This document shows, piece by piece, positions 51,426 to 64,000 of a DNA stretch of 64,000 nt. The DNA is from Cystobasidiomycetes sp. EMM_F5. Taxonomy: Eukaryota. A program made the translations under genes and the position numbers. The stretch spans positions 62,001-126,000 of the forward strand of contig JBPGPT010000029.1 of the NCBI GenBank assembly GCA_051047955.1, in the 5' to 3' direction. The notes under the pieces were generated by a model. That model saw only the letters and a program-made list of their open reading frames with translations, had not been told where the DNA came from and ran no database searches. Every line of letters starts with the position of its first letter. Within the stretch, counting starts at the first letter, position 1.

Positions 51426-53938
51426 TCACCCATGGTCCGGCGTCTCGGGCACAAGGATTCGCGATACCCTCTCCATCCCATGCAACCTCCCCATCCCCTC
51501 CATCCCCCCGTCAAAGTCATACTTGTCAAAGTCATACATCCTCTGAACGCTCTGCGGGGTCTCCGCAGCCAGTATCCCACTCCCACCCGTGTGCTGCATG
51601 TGCTGCACTCGCTGAGCTCGAGGCGTAGGATCCAGTGTCCTCAATAAGGCCAGATCATCCTCGTCGTCGGCATTCCTGTCTGCCCCGCTATAGGCTGCCC
51701 GACTAGCACTCCGTGGAGGAACGGGTCGTGAAGTATGCTGCGACTCGCTCATCACGCCGTTACGAGTACCTTGAATCGACTCTCGCAGCAAGCTAGACTT
51801 TGACGGTGTAGCCAGCACAAGCGTCCGTCTATCGTTTGACGACCCCGATCCTGCACATTTGCGTCTGTCAGCTCCGAACTTCTGCAGACAAGGCTCCATT
51901 TCACTCGACTCACGTTTTGGGCTACACGCCTTGCGCTTGTTGACCCGCTCTCGGTCACCTTGCTGATCCAACCTTTCCCGCCGCTGCTTCTCTGCCAAGC
52001 TAGCCTGCATCAGCGTCGAGGAACTACTAAAGGGCTTGACGACGTTCCCTCCGTTCTTAACTCCATCCGAACCTGTCCTGCCATTCACGAGCTTCGCCTT
52101 GCTTCGTTGAGCACCTGCACCAATTTCGACTTCGCGGGCCCGGAAGGGGTTCTTGTTGAGAGATTGCAGTTTCCCAGTACCCGTATTTGCGTCTGTATGA
52201 GTAATAGCTGAGCGGGACCTGGCTATCACTCTGCGATGATTAAGAGTCATATTGTCTGCTGTAGCAGCCGCAGAAGGAGGAGGCATCAACCAGTCTGCAG
52301 TAGAGTCAACATCTTCCGCGACAGGAGCACGAGTCCGGGTCGTTGTGGCAGCCATTAATTTCGCTAGAGTAGGACTCTGAGGTATCATTCTGTCCTTTCG
52401 AGCCTGTTCAGCCAATTGTACGGATTGCGCTAAAGCGCGAAGATCGGGCGTAGGATGATGGAATGGAGAAGGCTGCTCCACGACTCCTCCATGCATAGAT
52501 ATCGGTACACCGTCTCCGCTAGAAGACGCGAACAACGAGCCTTGAAGAGTTGAAGCTGTATAGAATTTGCTCTGACAGCCAGAAAGCATGTCGGATGGCA
52601 GACGGTCGATATAGCGAGCTGCACAGACGTCGGTCCAGAAACGCTGAAATTTGTCAGACTCTTCAGCAGCAGCTACTTCTGTAGATCCGCCAACCCCTCC
52701 AAGATCAAGAGAGAAGAGTCCTGCCCCGCCGACTGCTTGATGTATAGCCAGACTATCGGTAAGCTGATCCAGCAAAGTAGCGGTCGAACGATACAATTCT
52801 TCGAGACGCATTTCTTCGTTTATTATACTAGAAGATGCCGCGTTGTCGTCTGCATTATCCGAATCCTTTGTTTTGGACGATTTACCGGCTTTCCGCTTCT
52901 TTCCTGCAGCAGTACGCATTGATGCAAACCATCCACCAGCGTAGCCCCGCTTTAGACGTTTAGATGGCTCTGCAGCAGGCAGTATGGACAGCAATTCGAG
53001 GGCGAGCAGGACCTGCAATTCAAGCCTGGAACAGTCCTGTCAGCGAATTTTCAGGTAGCCGACAATTGTTTGACTACCCACTCGGCTACTTCTAGTCCCG
53101 TCATCCATTCTCTGACATCGACTACTTCTCGCTGCTTGCCTTTTCGCGGACATGAATAACGCGGCAATTGCGCCGAATCTTCGTTATACAGCGCATCTGG
53201 CCGAGGTTGTTGAGCAGGGACATTTCGCAAATGCCAGTCGGTATAAGCTCGTTGAAGATGTTGTATCTCATCGGTTGATAGATATTTGGCTGTCCCCATA
53301 TGCAAAGGCTCATCTTGACAGACACCGTCGAGCGTGTCTGGTATCACAGACTGTGTAGGGTGTTCACGTTGAGTGGTTGTGTCGTGGTGCATGTTTGGCG
53401 AAGATGAATGGCCATTTGGCTGGAGCATGTCATTTATTTGAAAGGTTGACTGGCCCTGCTGTTTCCACTGCTGAACCGACTCTACGACGGCCGTATGCCA
53501 TTTCTCATCGAGATCCTGAGCTTGAGTGAGCAGGCTCTGGATGGCCTGGCGTTTCTCGTGTACATCAGATCCAAAAGAGCCAAGAGCGTCAAACAAGCGA
53601 GTGAAGGCTCTCTGCGTGGATATCGCGGGATCAAAAGAATACTCAGACTGTCAGCATTCGCTTTTACAAGTCAGATGTCCATTCTTCGCTTCCAAACTGA
53701 CTGGTCCGGCGTTGTTTTCCTTCGAATACAGACATAACCAGTACGCGTCTTTTAGGGCCAATGGCTCCGCTTCTTGCTTTGACGGCCCAGCAGGCTGATT
53801 AGCTACATGCCCATCGTCACAGCTGTCCGCCATAGTTTTGCGCTCATCGTCTATCGGATACGACGGCATTGCAGGCCATGGAATGGGGCAGTCCAGGTCG
53901 AGCTCGTACAGAAAGCGAGGCTGTACGGCAGAAGTCAT
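51426..53938 (-). CDS. SLD3: Probable DNA replication regulator Sld3/Treslin
   Basis: LELQVLLALELL...LLDQLTDSLAIHQAV...DKFQRFWTDVCAARYIDRLP resembles the Sld3 Cdc45-binding core; disordered tail with SP/TP CDK-type sites (QSPT, CSPK, ATPSK, ETPQ). Confidence 0.7.
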
Positions 53939-54202
53939 GGTGGGACATTGTTAATTAAACCATGTCATTTTAATATAAACCATATCATTGGCTCATGCTT
54001 CGTGTTGGGTTGGTTAGAAGCCAGTTTACGCGAGTACTATCCGACAACAGACGTCAAGCGCGACAGGCAGACATGAAAATAATAGATACATTGTAAAACA
54101 CAACGAGCGCGTGATAGTGTACATGCGATTTGTTTGCTTTAAAATTGCCTTGCGAATTGGCTTGATTTGCACATTGTAGTGTCGTAGTTTTGTTCCAACA
54201 CC

Positions 54203-54893
54203 TCAGACACTCTTGCCTGGGCCTCGCTCACTTCTCCTTGTCCCATCAGATCCCCCAGTAGTGTTCCTCTTGGACGACGTCGACGAGGGGACACTACTGT
54301 CACTCTTGCGGAACTGCTTCGACATTGCGGGGTTGGACGCCATGTTGTCCATTGTCCCGGAGCCGGGAAGCTGCTCATGATGTATCCAACACCACATCTC
54401 AGCAATCACATTATGCGTTCATCATATCTTTACTCCACTCACCTCCTTTGTCACATCCTCCGAGGCCGTCTTGGGATCGGGGTTCTTGTCAAAGGCGCCC
54501 GACGTCTGGGCTACGTCGTTTTCCTTAAAAGTGATCACAGAGTATAGGCGTAGACGATGAGATATCGCATGAATGAGAAAACAGGGCGCAATCGTGGAGA
54601 TGGTCAGATATGAATGTCAGATCTTCTGAGCGTCATTCCTTCAAAATCGGGACACACATTTGGCCCTTGCGAGCCTGTTTCTCCGACGTTACTCTGCGTT
54701 GGGGAAGCCTGAGTGATGGATATCAGTTATCTCTCCCTCGCCGACTCCAATTAACGGGCCCCACTCCTTTGCCATGGCCTTTATCGTCAGTCGATGACCC
54801 CGAAGTGCCGCCATAAGCTCGTCGCAGTCCTGCGATGGTGTTGTTTGTAATTGTCGCTCGTCTGAATGCTCGTATTGCCATGTTTGCAGCCAT
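54203..54893 (-). CDS. Small hydrophilic hypothetical protein with a mitochondrial-type presequence, multi-exon (middle exons unresolved)
   Basis: MAANMAIRAFRRATITNNTIAGLRRAYGG; later exons ENDVAQTSGAFDKNPDPKTASEDVTKE|LPGSGTMDNMASNPAMSKQ joined by a GT-AG intron. Confidence 0.5.
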
Positions 54894-55000
54894 GCTTTGA
54901 AATGGTCGAAAGCCAACCTTTCAAATGACGAAAGATGCCTGATTATCAGCTTGTAATTGATCCAACCGGAGCAATTGACAAACATTTGAATGAACACACC

Positions 55001-56961
55001 ATGGCAAGACTGGCTCCAGCGTCGCAGCTCCCGGAATGGCCGCCGTCGCTGAGCGAAAGCTCCTCGGAAGAGCTGGTCGCAACAGCCCGAGACTGGGCAA
55101 TGTCGCATTCCCTCGTCTATCGCCCGCCAATACCCTCGTCCACTGCTAATGTTTCCGATGCCATCCCATTCAACACCTCAGTCACCCACGCCCCGTTCGC
55201 CCTCTTTCCGTCCCCGTTTCCGAGATGTCTGTTTGAGCAGGCAACGAGTATTCAAAAAGCTTACAACGCCCTGTACTCGCGGCTGAGCTGCGACTACGAA
55301 ACCCTCGAAAGAGTCATCGGGGGGAACGTCAGCAGGGTAGACGAGTTCCAGGGGGAGCTATGGCGAATCGCACAGCGCGTCCGGCACGAAGGGGTAGCCC
55401 AGAATGTACATCTCGGTCTCTACAGATCAGACTACCTCCTACATCAGTCAGACGACGACACACACGAGCTGTCCATACAGCAGGTCGAGTTTAACACCAT
55501 ATCCTCGTCGTTCGGTGCGCTTAGTACCAAAGTCACCCAATTGCATCGGTGAGTAAGCAGATATAAATTGGGGAATTATCTCGTAGTCCGTATCACTGAC
55601 CGCACAATGACTGTGCTATGTTCTGTTGACAGGTTCCTTGCGCAGACTGGCGCATATCCTGGCACATCAAACCCGCCAATACACCAGGATAGTCTGCCCG
55701 GGAATGTAGCACTCAAAGAGCTGTCTCGAGGATTGGCACTAGCTCATCAGGCGTACATCAAGGAGAGGGACTCTCACAGCCAAATAAAGCCTACGTAAGT
55801 CATGAGTACAAAGCCACGACACAGCAAGCTTTTATCTTCAAAATACCTATCTAACCTCTTTCGGCACCTGCTATGGCATGGAATTGACACTGTAGAATAC
55901 TGTTTGTAGTTCAAGACCCAGAACGTAACGCCTTCGATCAGCGGGCTCTGGAATATGAGTTGCTGGAAGAGTGCGTCGACTCGTTTACTGAAATATGTTT
56001 GCACTAACACTATGTCTTCCCAGACATGACATAGATGTAGTTCGTCTGTCATTTGCACAGCTGTACGACCGTGCATCCTTGTCTCCATCTCGGCAGCTCC
56101 TTATCTCTCCCTCATCGTCGAATGCATCGGACGAAATGTCTGACAAGAAACTCATCGAAATCTCCGTCGTCTACTTCAGAGCCGGCTATGCCCCTACCGA
56201 TTATACGGACTTGTCATGCTGGGATACCCGACTACTGCTCGAGCGCAGTGCGGCCATAAAATGCCCTTCAGTGCAACTCCAGCTTGCTGGTGCGAAAAAG
56301 GTGCAACAGGTCCTGGCAAGCTCGAGAGGCGCATTAGAGCGATACGCCAATACTCAACATCGCGAGAATGAGTTGAGCCAGAGAGACCTGCAAGGTCTAA
56401 GGGAAACGTTTACGGGACTATATCCGCTCGACGATACGCCAGAGGGTCAGCAGGCCGAGAAGATGGCACGAGATCAGCCTGAGCGTTTCGTCCTCAAACC
56501 GCAGCGGGAAGGTGGAGGTAACAATATCTATAGGCACGATATTCCGCCCTTCCTGACCGCTCTCGAGGCGGAAGATACGAAACGAGCGAAAACATCGAGC
56601 GTTGGCTTCCCGAAAGCGAAAGAAGGGTACATTCTAATGGATATCATCTCGCCGCCTCAAGGCTTGCAAAACCTGCTGGTGCGTGCAAGCGATATGAAGC
56701 CGAAACTGGGCCAAGTGGTTTCAGAGCTTGGCATATACGGCGTATGTCTGTTTAGGGATACGGGTGAAGGCGGTGCAGACTCTGCAGAACTGCTGGAGAA
56801 TTACCCAGCAGGCCATCTTTTGCGGACAAAAGGACGGGAAAGTGATGAGGGTGGAGTAAGTCGATCTGCTCTAAGGTGTTCTTGCTTGGCTAATGCCTTA
56901 TTCCATGTGAACGTAGGTCGCCGTGGGTTTCAGTGTCATAGACAGCCCTTTACTGGTCTGA
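55001..56961 (+). CDS. GSH2: Glutathione synthetase, eukaryotic type
   Basis: HAPFALFPSPFPR, LGLYRSDYL, QVEFNTISSSFG, ERNAFDQ, YFRAGY, VLKPQREGGGNNIY, ELGIYG, EGG|VAVGFSVIDS. Confidence 0.96.
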
Positions 56962-57158
56962 ACAGAGTAGCATATCAAATACAGTCGCTTTACTGTACTA
57001 CAATGAATGCTCCTTGGAAACAAATGAGCAGGTCTCACATCATCCTGACTACTCTGCAAACACAACAGCACGTTTCTATAGTGCGAAAACTCGAAGCAAA
57101 GTCTCCTCTCGACCCCCAAAGATACCCGTTACAAGCTCTCATCCCGCCATATTAACCT

Positions 57159-59797
57159 TCAATTGTGACCCTTAATTTTGATATCCACCGTGTCCTCGTC
57201 CTCCAGAGCCGCCCCCTGCACCGTCATATCGTGTTCAATTACTTCTCCATCAAATATGAGCACACAATTCGGTGCCAGCGAAGCAGGTTGACCATCCTTT
57301 TTCAAGAAGTGCTTGATAAGCGATAGCGCTGTCTTGGATTCTTTGACTGTAACGCCATAAGTCACTTCTTTCCCACCCTTTCCACGAAGAACTAGCCGAA
57401 TAGACTTTTCCGGCGAGACTGCAGCCTCCACTGCTGGATGGTGGGGAGTAGCGGCAGTAGCCGTATCTTCTTTCCGCTCGGAAAAAGGGCCGGCCGAGGT
57501 GACCGCATCGCCATCGGGAGGCTGCAAAGGATGAGTAGAGTGCTCTCTGCTTCCTGCCGTATCTGTTTGCACTTGTGCACGGATGCTATTGGGTATACCA
57601 AGTACTTCAAGAGTTTCATTATCCCCATCCGTCCCGCTCGTGTCGTCCAGTTCTATGACCGTATGCGCAGCTGATGGCCCCTCGTTCCTTCTGGCATACG
57701 CCGGTTCCGGTGGAGCGCTAGATTCAATGAAGCGCTTCCTGTCCGACTCGCGCAGTGTCTGAATATAGTCGTATGCAGCCCGCTCGTAGCCTTTGAAAGA
57801 GGCTGACGTTGTTCGGATGTGTAGAGAAGCTGGCGTGCCGTACTGAAAGACGGTAAGGTTATCGTATACTAGTACTAGACGGTCTGTCGTGATGTCCTAA
57901 GGTCAGACAGAGGGTCAGCTATCATTGGCTTATAGCACGGTGTGACATTCAAGTACCTTGGCCGTAGCAACCGCCTCGAAAAGATTGGCAAATGTTTGTC
58001 GCTGTCATATACGATCAAGCTTTAGCATGTCCTTCCTCAAACATCTCGTTTGTGGTGGCAGTACGCACCTCTCGCACAGCAAGCTTGACGGGACTTTGAT
58101 ACCTTGCTAAGCCCACCGGATTCATCTCTGCAGTCATACCTTGTCTCGGGTCTGGAATCATAACTACGGTGATTTGGACACTTTCGCCATACTTTTCACG
58201 AAGTTGCTCGTCCGTCAAGGGTTGCGCGACAAGTAAACGAGTGACAGGTGCTGGAGTAATAGAGGCGGAAGAACGGTGTCGTGGAAGGGGCGGTGCATGG
58301 ACGTCAATGCTGATATCCCCGTTATCGTCGGTATCGTAGACTGTTCCATTCTGGCGGGGTGGCGGTTGGCGAAGTAGTGGTGCATTTCTGGACACGTATG
58401 GCTATCAGCTCGGAGCGAAACAATGGACTTGTCCCTGAACTCACCTCCGCACATCCTGCAACGCGTGAGCTAGAAGGTACGCATCGGGCTTCTCAACGGG
58501 CGTCAACGATTTCTCCTTTCTCCTTCTCCTCTTTGCCGGCGTAGCTGTCGATGATATAATCTGGATCTCATCACTACTATCTCCATCATTGCGGGCGTTC
58601 TCCCGCTGTTTCCCTTTGCCTTTATCATTCCCCTTCGCTTCTTGTTCAGCCAAGCGACGCTTTTCGCGCTCCTTTTTCGCTTTGTGTCTCTTTTGTCGGA
58701 GTAGCTTGGTATCAGAGGATGCATCGGATGCTCCAGAGTCAAAAGTAAGGGAGGACGAGGAAGACGAGGACTCGTCTTCGGATGACTGTTTTTTAAGTGG
58801 AATGATGAGTTTGGATGGGCTGTGGAGTAGACGGACATTGATCGAAAGAAGCAGTCGTTTGAGAGCAACAGTATTTCAATACATGGGAGTTTTGTGTCAG
58901 AGATTAGTGATGATGCAGCCATGTTTTGAGAGTCCAGACAGTTTCGCATAACACATCGAACGGCATGGTGTGACCGTCATTGACAGAGTCGGTTGGTGTC
59001 AGTTCTTCAGTTCTGAGCTGCTGTATACCCAATCGCTGCACTCACGACGCGACCTTTCCGTTGGCTTTGCCTGTTCTTTTCCGCTTCTTGTCTGGCGATG
59101 TCGGTTTCGTCGACCCTTCCTTTTCTTTTTGTTTGCCCTTCCCCTTTCCTTTGCCTTTATCACCTTTGCCATTCTTCTTGGTGTCGTCCTCGTCTTGCTC
59201 GTCGCTGTCAGACCCAGACCCCGATGCCGACGAGTCTACATCGTCCCCGTCGGAATCCAGATTGATCTCCATCTTTACGATTCTCTTCGGAGGCTGTGTC
59301 TTGTAGGGAGATTGCACTGACGCTTCCCTCTTTCCCTTGCCGTTCACGCCGTCATAGCTCGGCTTTACATCTTGGGATGTGCTGTTTGCGCTCGTCGTCT
59401 TTAGCACCTTTCCCCGGCTTTTGAAGACGATGGTACTCTTGCGAGTGAATAGATCATCGTCGTCTTGCGCAGCGAGCCTCTGTCGCTTGACTGCTGCTGC
59501 AAAAGCTGCTGCCGACTCGGGAGGTTTGGACGACGTGGAAGCGGCTGGAGGATTCGATGCGGCTATGGAGGCAGAGCGTCTGGACGATGTAGAAGTCGAG
59601 TTTGACCTCGCGGGTGCGTTCTTGCGGGAATTCCTTGCTGCATTGTCAGTATTGTTACTTATTGCTCTTTTGGACTTTGTTGCCGTCTTTCCCGGCGACT
59701 TGTACGCGGCCATTGTCGGAACATTATCATCGTCTTCCTCGTCGTCGTTGCCAGCCCTGTACTCGTCCTCGTCGTCGGTAGCGCAGAGGTCAATCAT
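57159..59797 (-). CDS. Rad60/Esc2/NIP45-like protein with tandem SUMO-like domains
   Basis: C-terminal IRLVLRG...LIFDGE...LEDEDTVDIKI, a second ubiquitin-like segment upstream, and a disordered N-terminus with SIM-like IDL and IQII next to acidic runs. Confidence 0.75.
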
Positions 59798-60956
59798 TAC
59801 AAGTTGGACGGAAGGAGGGTTGCAAGGTTGGCTTCTCACCGACTGGACGGATTGAAATATGGGAATTGCAAGTGGATCATGATGGAGCTGGGCATTGGAC
59901 GCTGAGAATGGCTGATATAAAAGATACGATGGCTGGGAGCAGTCTGCCTGGATGACCATTCAAGATTAACAACAAAATACAGCATTTCATCATGCTTGAG
60001 GATTTACGAGTCATATAGCACACGTCCTGTCTGCAATATCTCACGAATGTCGTGGTTCGAATGACGGAACTGAAGCACGCTGATATGCTGACCAAACTGA
60101 CTGGACTGGGTATGCTGACTTTTGGCTGATAGGCTGACCATGTCGTGCAAGCGACTGTGGTTGGCTTGTATCGCGATCCAAGCGATATGCGGGGATACAC
60201 AATATCTCTGGCGACCGCTATTGATCAGATGGCGTGACGCTTGTCGGCAAGTAGACGACTGCATCATACTACTGACTTGAGCCTGACTTTACCGCAAAGA
60301 ACGCCAAACGACAGAGCAAGAGTACTTGTGACAACCATTTTACAAGCACTGACAGAAAATGAAGCTCAATCAATGAGGAGCTGCCATCAACAATCAGGAA
60401 GCGCGAGCAGGGCGGGTAGTATTGAGGTCTGGGAAGCCTGAAGGACTCGGAGCAGCCACGGGTTCAAAGGGCAGGACTACTCTGTCACTCCAATTGATCT
60501 CAGTTGCCATTCAGGCGTATTGTTTTGCGGATATGCATATTGCGGGGCTATCTGGCGATTCCTCGTCGGATTTGCAAGCTTTCTTCGCGCAAACATGCCT
60601 GGACGATGTGTACGAGCTGCTGCGATGAATGCGAGCATGGCTCATGGACCATGCCTGCTAAAAGCTGCTATAAAGTTCGAGCCTCCAATGCCGTCCAACG
60701 ACGACCGAGGTTGAAGAAATGAAAGAAATGAAAGAAAAGAAAGACAAGAAAGCGCTGCGACCATGCTTTTGGCGGAGACTCATCGACAGCCTGCCAGCAC
60801 ACCGGAGAGTACACTATGCTCAGCCTGATTGACGGCCGGGATGTTTTGTGATTCATTACAAGGTCTTCAAGTCTCATTTGAATTGATATACAACAACAAA
60901 CAGGCTGGCGACACCCGACATCGAGCACATACTGCGCTCAAATCAGACTGTAAACC

Positions 60957-63900
60957 ATGTTCAAGTCTGGCAGGCGGTTCGCTGCGTCGCCGTCGAGCGA
61001 TGCAAATACTCCAACAAACGGCAATGAGAACGTCAATAATGCACCCCCTACGACACCCCGAGCACGGCGCAGGTCATTCAAAGAGATATTCGCCCGCTCA
61101 GCCTCGTCCACGTCGTCCAATACACCCTCCCCAGTCACTCCCTCGTCCGCCTCCTCACCCAATGCGTCCCCAGACAGACCCAAACTGAGAAAACGACCAT
61201 CCCTCCCGTCGTTTGCGTCAAATGCAGCGCGCAGACTGTCGATATCGATAGGTCTGCACAGTCCGAATGATCCCAGAGACGAGGATATTCCTCCCGTGCC
61301 AGCTCTGCCGAGTCTCACGTATTCCCCAGCTGCATCGTCGACCACTTCGACGTTTGGATCCAGGGTTATATCTACATCAAATGCTAGTGTCAAGCAATCT
61401 TCGCCGATACAATCCATCAGCACTCACTCGCCCGTCAAGATCAGGCGGCGGCTGGGACACGGCAGAGCGGAGGATCTTGAAGTGCACGCCGGCAAGCAAC
61501 AGGAGCATGATGACATAGACGACAATGACGGCACGAGGTACGGCTCAGATACCGTCGTCGAAGACAATCAAGCACTCTCGCTTTCTGCATCGTTTCATAC
61601 TGCGCCAATGTCACCTTTGCCATCGTCAGCCAGTGTGATGCTACCGTTTCCCACCTCGAGAGACAGTAGCAACAGTCGAAACCAACAGCCTGAATCGCCT
61701 CATACCTTGCTGTCGGACACGCACCTCTCTACTATTTCACATCAGACTTTGCAACCATTTCCATCTGGAAACCAGCCGCAACTGCACCCTCGACCTCCGC
61801 CTCTCAACTTGCAGACTCGACAGCGCCCACTCTCATCAACATCGACCTCTTCACCGTCTCCTTCGCGTCTTACGCCCCTCTCCGCGTATTCATTGTCGGC
61901 TCCATCGCCAAATCAGAGGACATCACATACGCAGCGACAGCTGTCGGCCGGCGCTGTAGTTTTGCTAGACATGACTAGAAGTAAACTCAGAGCTACTGCC
62001 GAAGCACTGAAAGCAGCAGAATGTCAAGCGACTTCTGGTGATTTAATATGGCCCAGTTCGACAAGGCGAATCCAGCACGTACCGCTCGACGGCGCACGAA
62101 TGGGTGTAGAACTGGCTATGCACTCTGCGTACCTGCGAATGGATATTGGGATACAACAAAGGATCGTGTTGAGGAAACTATGGGAGAGAAAGATTACGTT
62201 CATCGAAGAGCTGGAGCTGGACAACTTTAAGCGATACGCAAGCAGGAACAGCCCTTCTTTTCCTTCGGCCAGGCTGTCGCCTACAAGCCCAAGTCATGTC
62301 AGACAGGCCTCGCCTGTTTCTCCCACTGGCGGTACTGCTTACCTGAACGCTGGACGTTCGTCAGACATGACGGCCTTTTCCCCTACTGTGGCTGTCAAGG
62401 CCAAGACATTGGATGCATTTGCGAGCACAAGAGCGCAGAGTTGGAGGAAATGGATTGAAAGATTGCCTTTTGCAAGCAGGATGGTCATTCTGAGCCCGGT
62501 TGGACAAGGACAGATCAGAGTGGAGCAAATCAAACGGGATTGAGAAGCGTGTTGCGAGTATCGACGAGAGCGTTATGCTACGCGGGGCTGGAGGAAAGAG
62601 GCGGCAATCATGCATTCAAGGCTCAGCTGGATCCGTTCAACAACGTCACGACATCGGTACCGCAGCAAGGTGACGAGGTGAGTTCTTCACTTCACACCAA
62701 ACCGTTAAAAGGCTTTCAATGTACTGACATACAATACTTTCGCAGCATTCCTCTGTCTACGAGCAGCAACGGAGCTGGTCCGACCTCCAAGCCAGCAAGC
62801 CGTCGTCGTCCACGCCACTTACATTTCTCGTTCCTGCCAACATCAACGACCCGCCAGCTCGACATTTGACAAGAACAAACGACGGATCTTTGCTCAAACC
62901 GAGAGGGCTCGTGGATGGGATGAAGAGATTGTCGAGGTTGCTCGGCGGGAAAGCGTTGGCGGGTGAAGACCGTCAAGGGACAGACGGCCGTGGACGACAG
63001 CTGGAAGGCGGGAACGATGGATCATCAAAGCCGACAAAGAGTACACTGCGCAACGAGTCATCTCATGGAGTCAATGCTGCCAGCTCAAACGATGCGCAAT
63101 GGGCACTGTCCTCGTCGTCGAGTGGCGAGGCTCACAACAATCCCCAAGCGAGCATCAACAAGAAGAAGCGATTCTCATTCAAGCATATGCGTAGTTCTTC
63201 GTCAAATAGCGTCAAGACATCACAACCGCCAACGTCCTCGATAATGTCGCCGTCCCATTCAGCAACGTCGTCCACAACTGCGAACTCCAGCGATGCGCAG
63301 ACAACGCCAGCCTCCTCTGTTGCTAGCAAACTCAGTGACCTCTCATATGATAATGCGCCTTCCACGTCGATGGCAGAGTCTGGCCAGCTCAAGCATGATT
63401 CGATGGTAGTCTCTCGTCAAACTACGCCAAGAGCTGATCCTACACGTCCAACATCTCGCTTGGTATCGTCCGTGTCAATGCCGGCTGTTACTTCAGCATC
63501 CCACACAGAGATCACAACAAACAATGTCCATTCAAGAAACGCCGTCAGCCCTCCGCCTCCCCTTGTTGACGGCGGTAAACCGGATGTGTATTCTCGTTCA
63601 CAAAGACAAAGAGAGCAAGTCATTGACAAAGCGGAACAGCAGCTACATGTGGATCTCGGAGCGATTAATACCCCATTACTCCCTTCAGCATTCTTCGATA
63701 AGTCCGCCTTTCGCTCCTCTTTGGACGAAGGCGATACCACGGCCATGCCATCCAGACACGCCCGCGATCGTTCAAACAGCTATGGTACGGACGGTTCAGA
63801 GGACGCATACGGGTCGTCCAGTGTCAACAGTCATCAATTGCTCAATAACTATGCTTCACATACAGACCCACCTGCCAGAGAAGAAGCGGGACCGTATGAC

Positions 63901-64000
63901 GACGACAAACTTCCATTGGCGCAATTCAAGATGCGTCCGAGAGTCGATTCGGATCCTACTGCAACGACTCGTCGTCCAGTCTCATTCTACTCGTTGAACC
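60957..64000 (+). CDS. Large Ser/Pro-rich hypothetical protein running off the window end, with an apparent -1 frameshift near 62535
   Basis: 528-codon ORF, then a -1 frame segment, intron 62678-62745 and a frame that appears open to the window end. Confidence 0.7.

Noticed and set aside
58907..59016. GTGATGA...CTGA as a box C/D snoRNA
   Set aside because: Antisense to the host intron, no terminal stem and no guide I could recognise
59877..60930. Short ORFs and a GAAAGAAAT purine run in the 1.1-kb divergent spacer
   Set aside because: No coherent gene model; likely promoter or 5' UTR low complexity

Overview
Compact, intron-rich fungal genomic DNA with many ~50-70 nt GT-AG introns, CTRAC-type branch points and short intergenic spacers. 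Protein families and gene style suggest a basidiomycete, probably a Pucciniomycotina-type yeast (inference). I annotated about 34 protein-coding genes by joining ORF fragments across introns by eye. Most are housekeeping: chitin synthase, ILV2, TRM9-like, BolA, SET protein, S10 carboxypeptidase, SRP40, TspO, CoA-transferase III, BRO1, BTB-like, HIS1, Med16-like, POLD4, NDUFS4, SDR, dienelactone hydrolase, MoaE, Trp-tRNA synthetase, Sld3, glutathione synthetase and Rad60/Esc2-like. I found no tRNA, rRNA, CRISPR array or transposon. Least ordinary parts: (i) a 30.9-38.1 kb secretome island with a Cu-only SOD, a GYSKG cutinase, a secreted protein with an in-frame TAA, and two tandem secreted paralogues sharing an unrecognised ~60-aa domain; (ii) two tandem atypical ABC half-transporters with ~110-120-aa NBD insertions and weakly hydrophobic membrane domains; (iii) co-oriented genes only 73-134 nt apart, suggesting polycistronic transcripts; (iv) a Pro-to-Ala change at the sulfonylurea site of ILV2; (v) an apparent -1 frameshift in the last gene. 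All family calls rest on motif recognition, not database searches, and exon boundaries are manual predictions.
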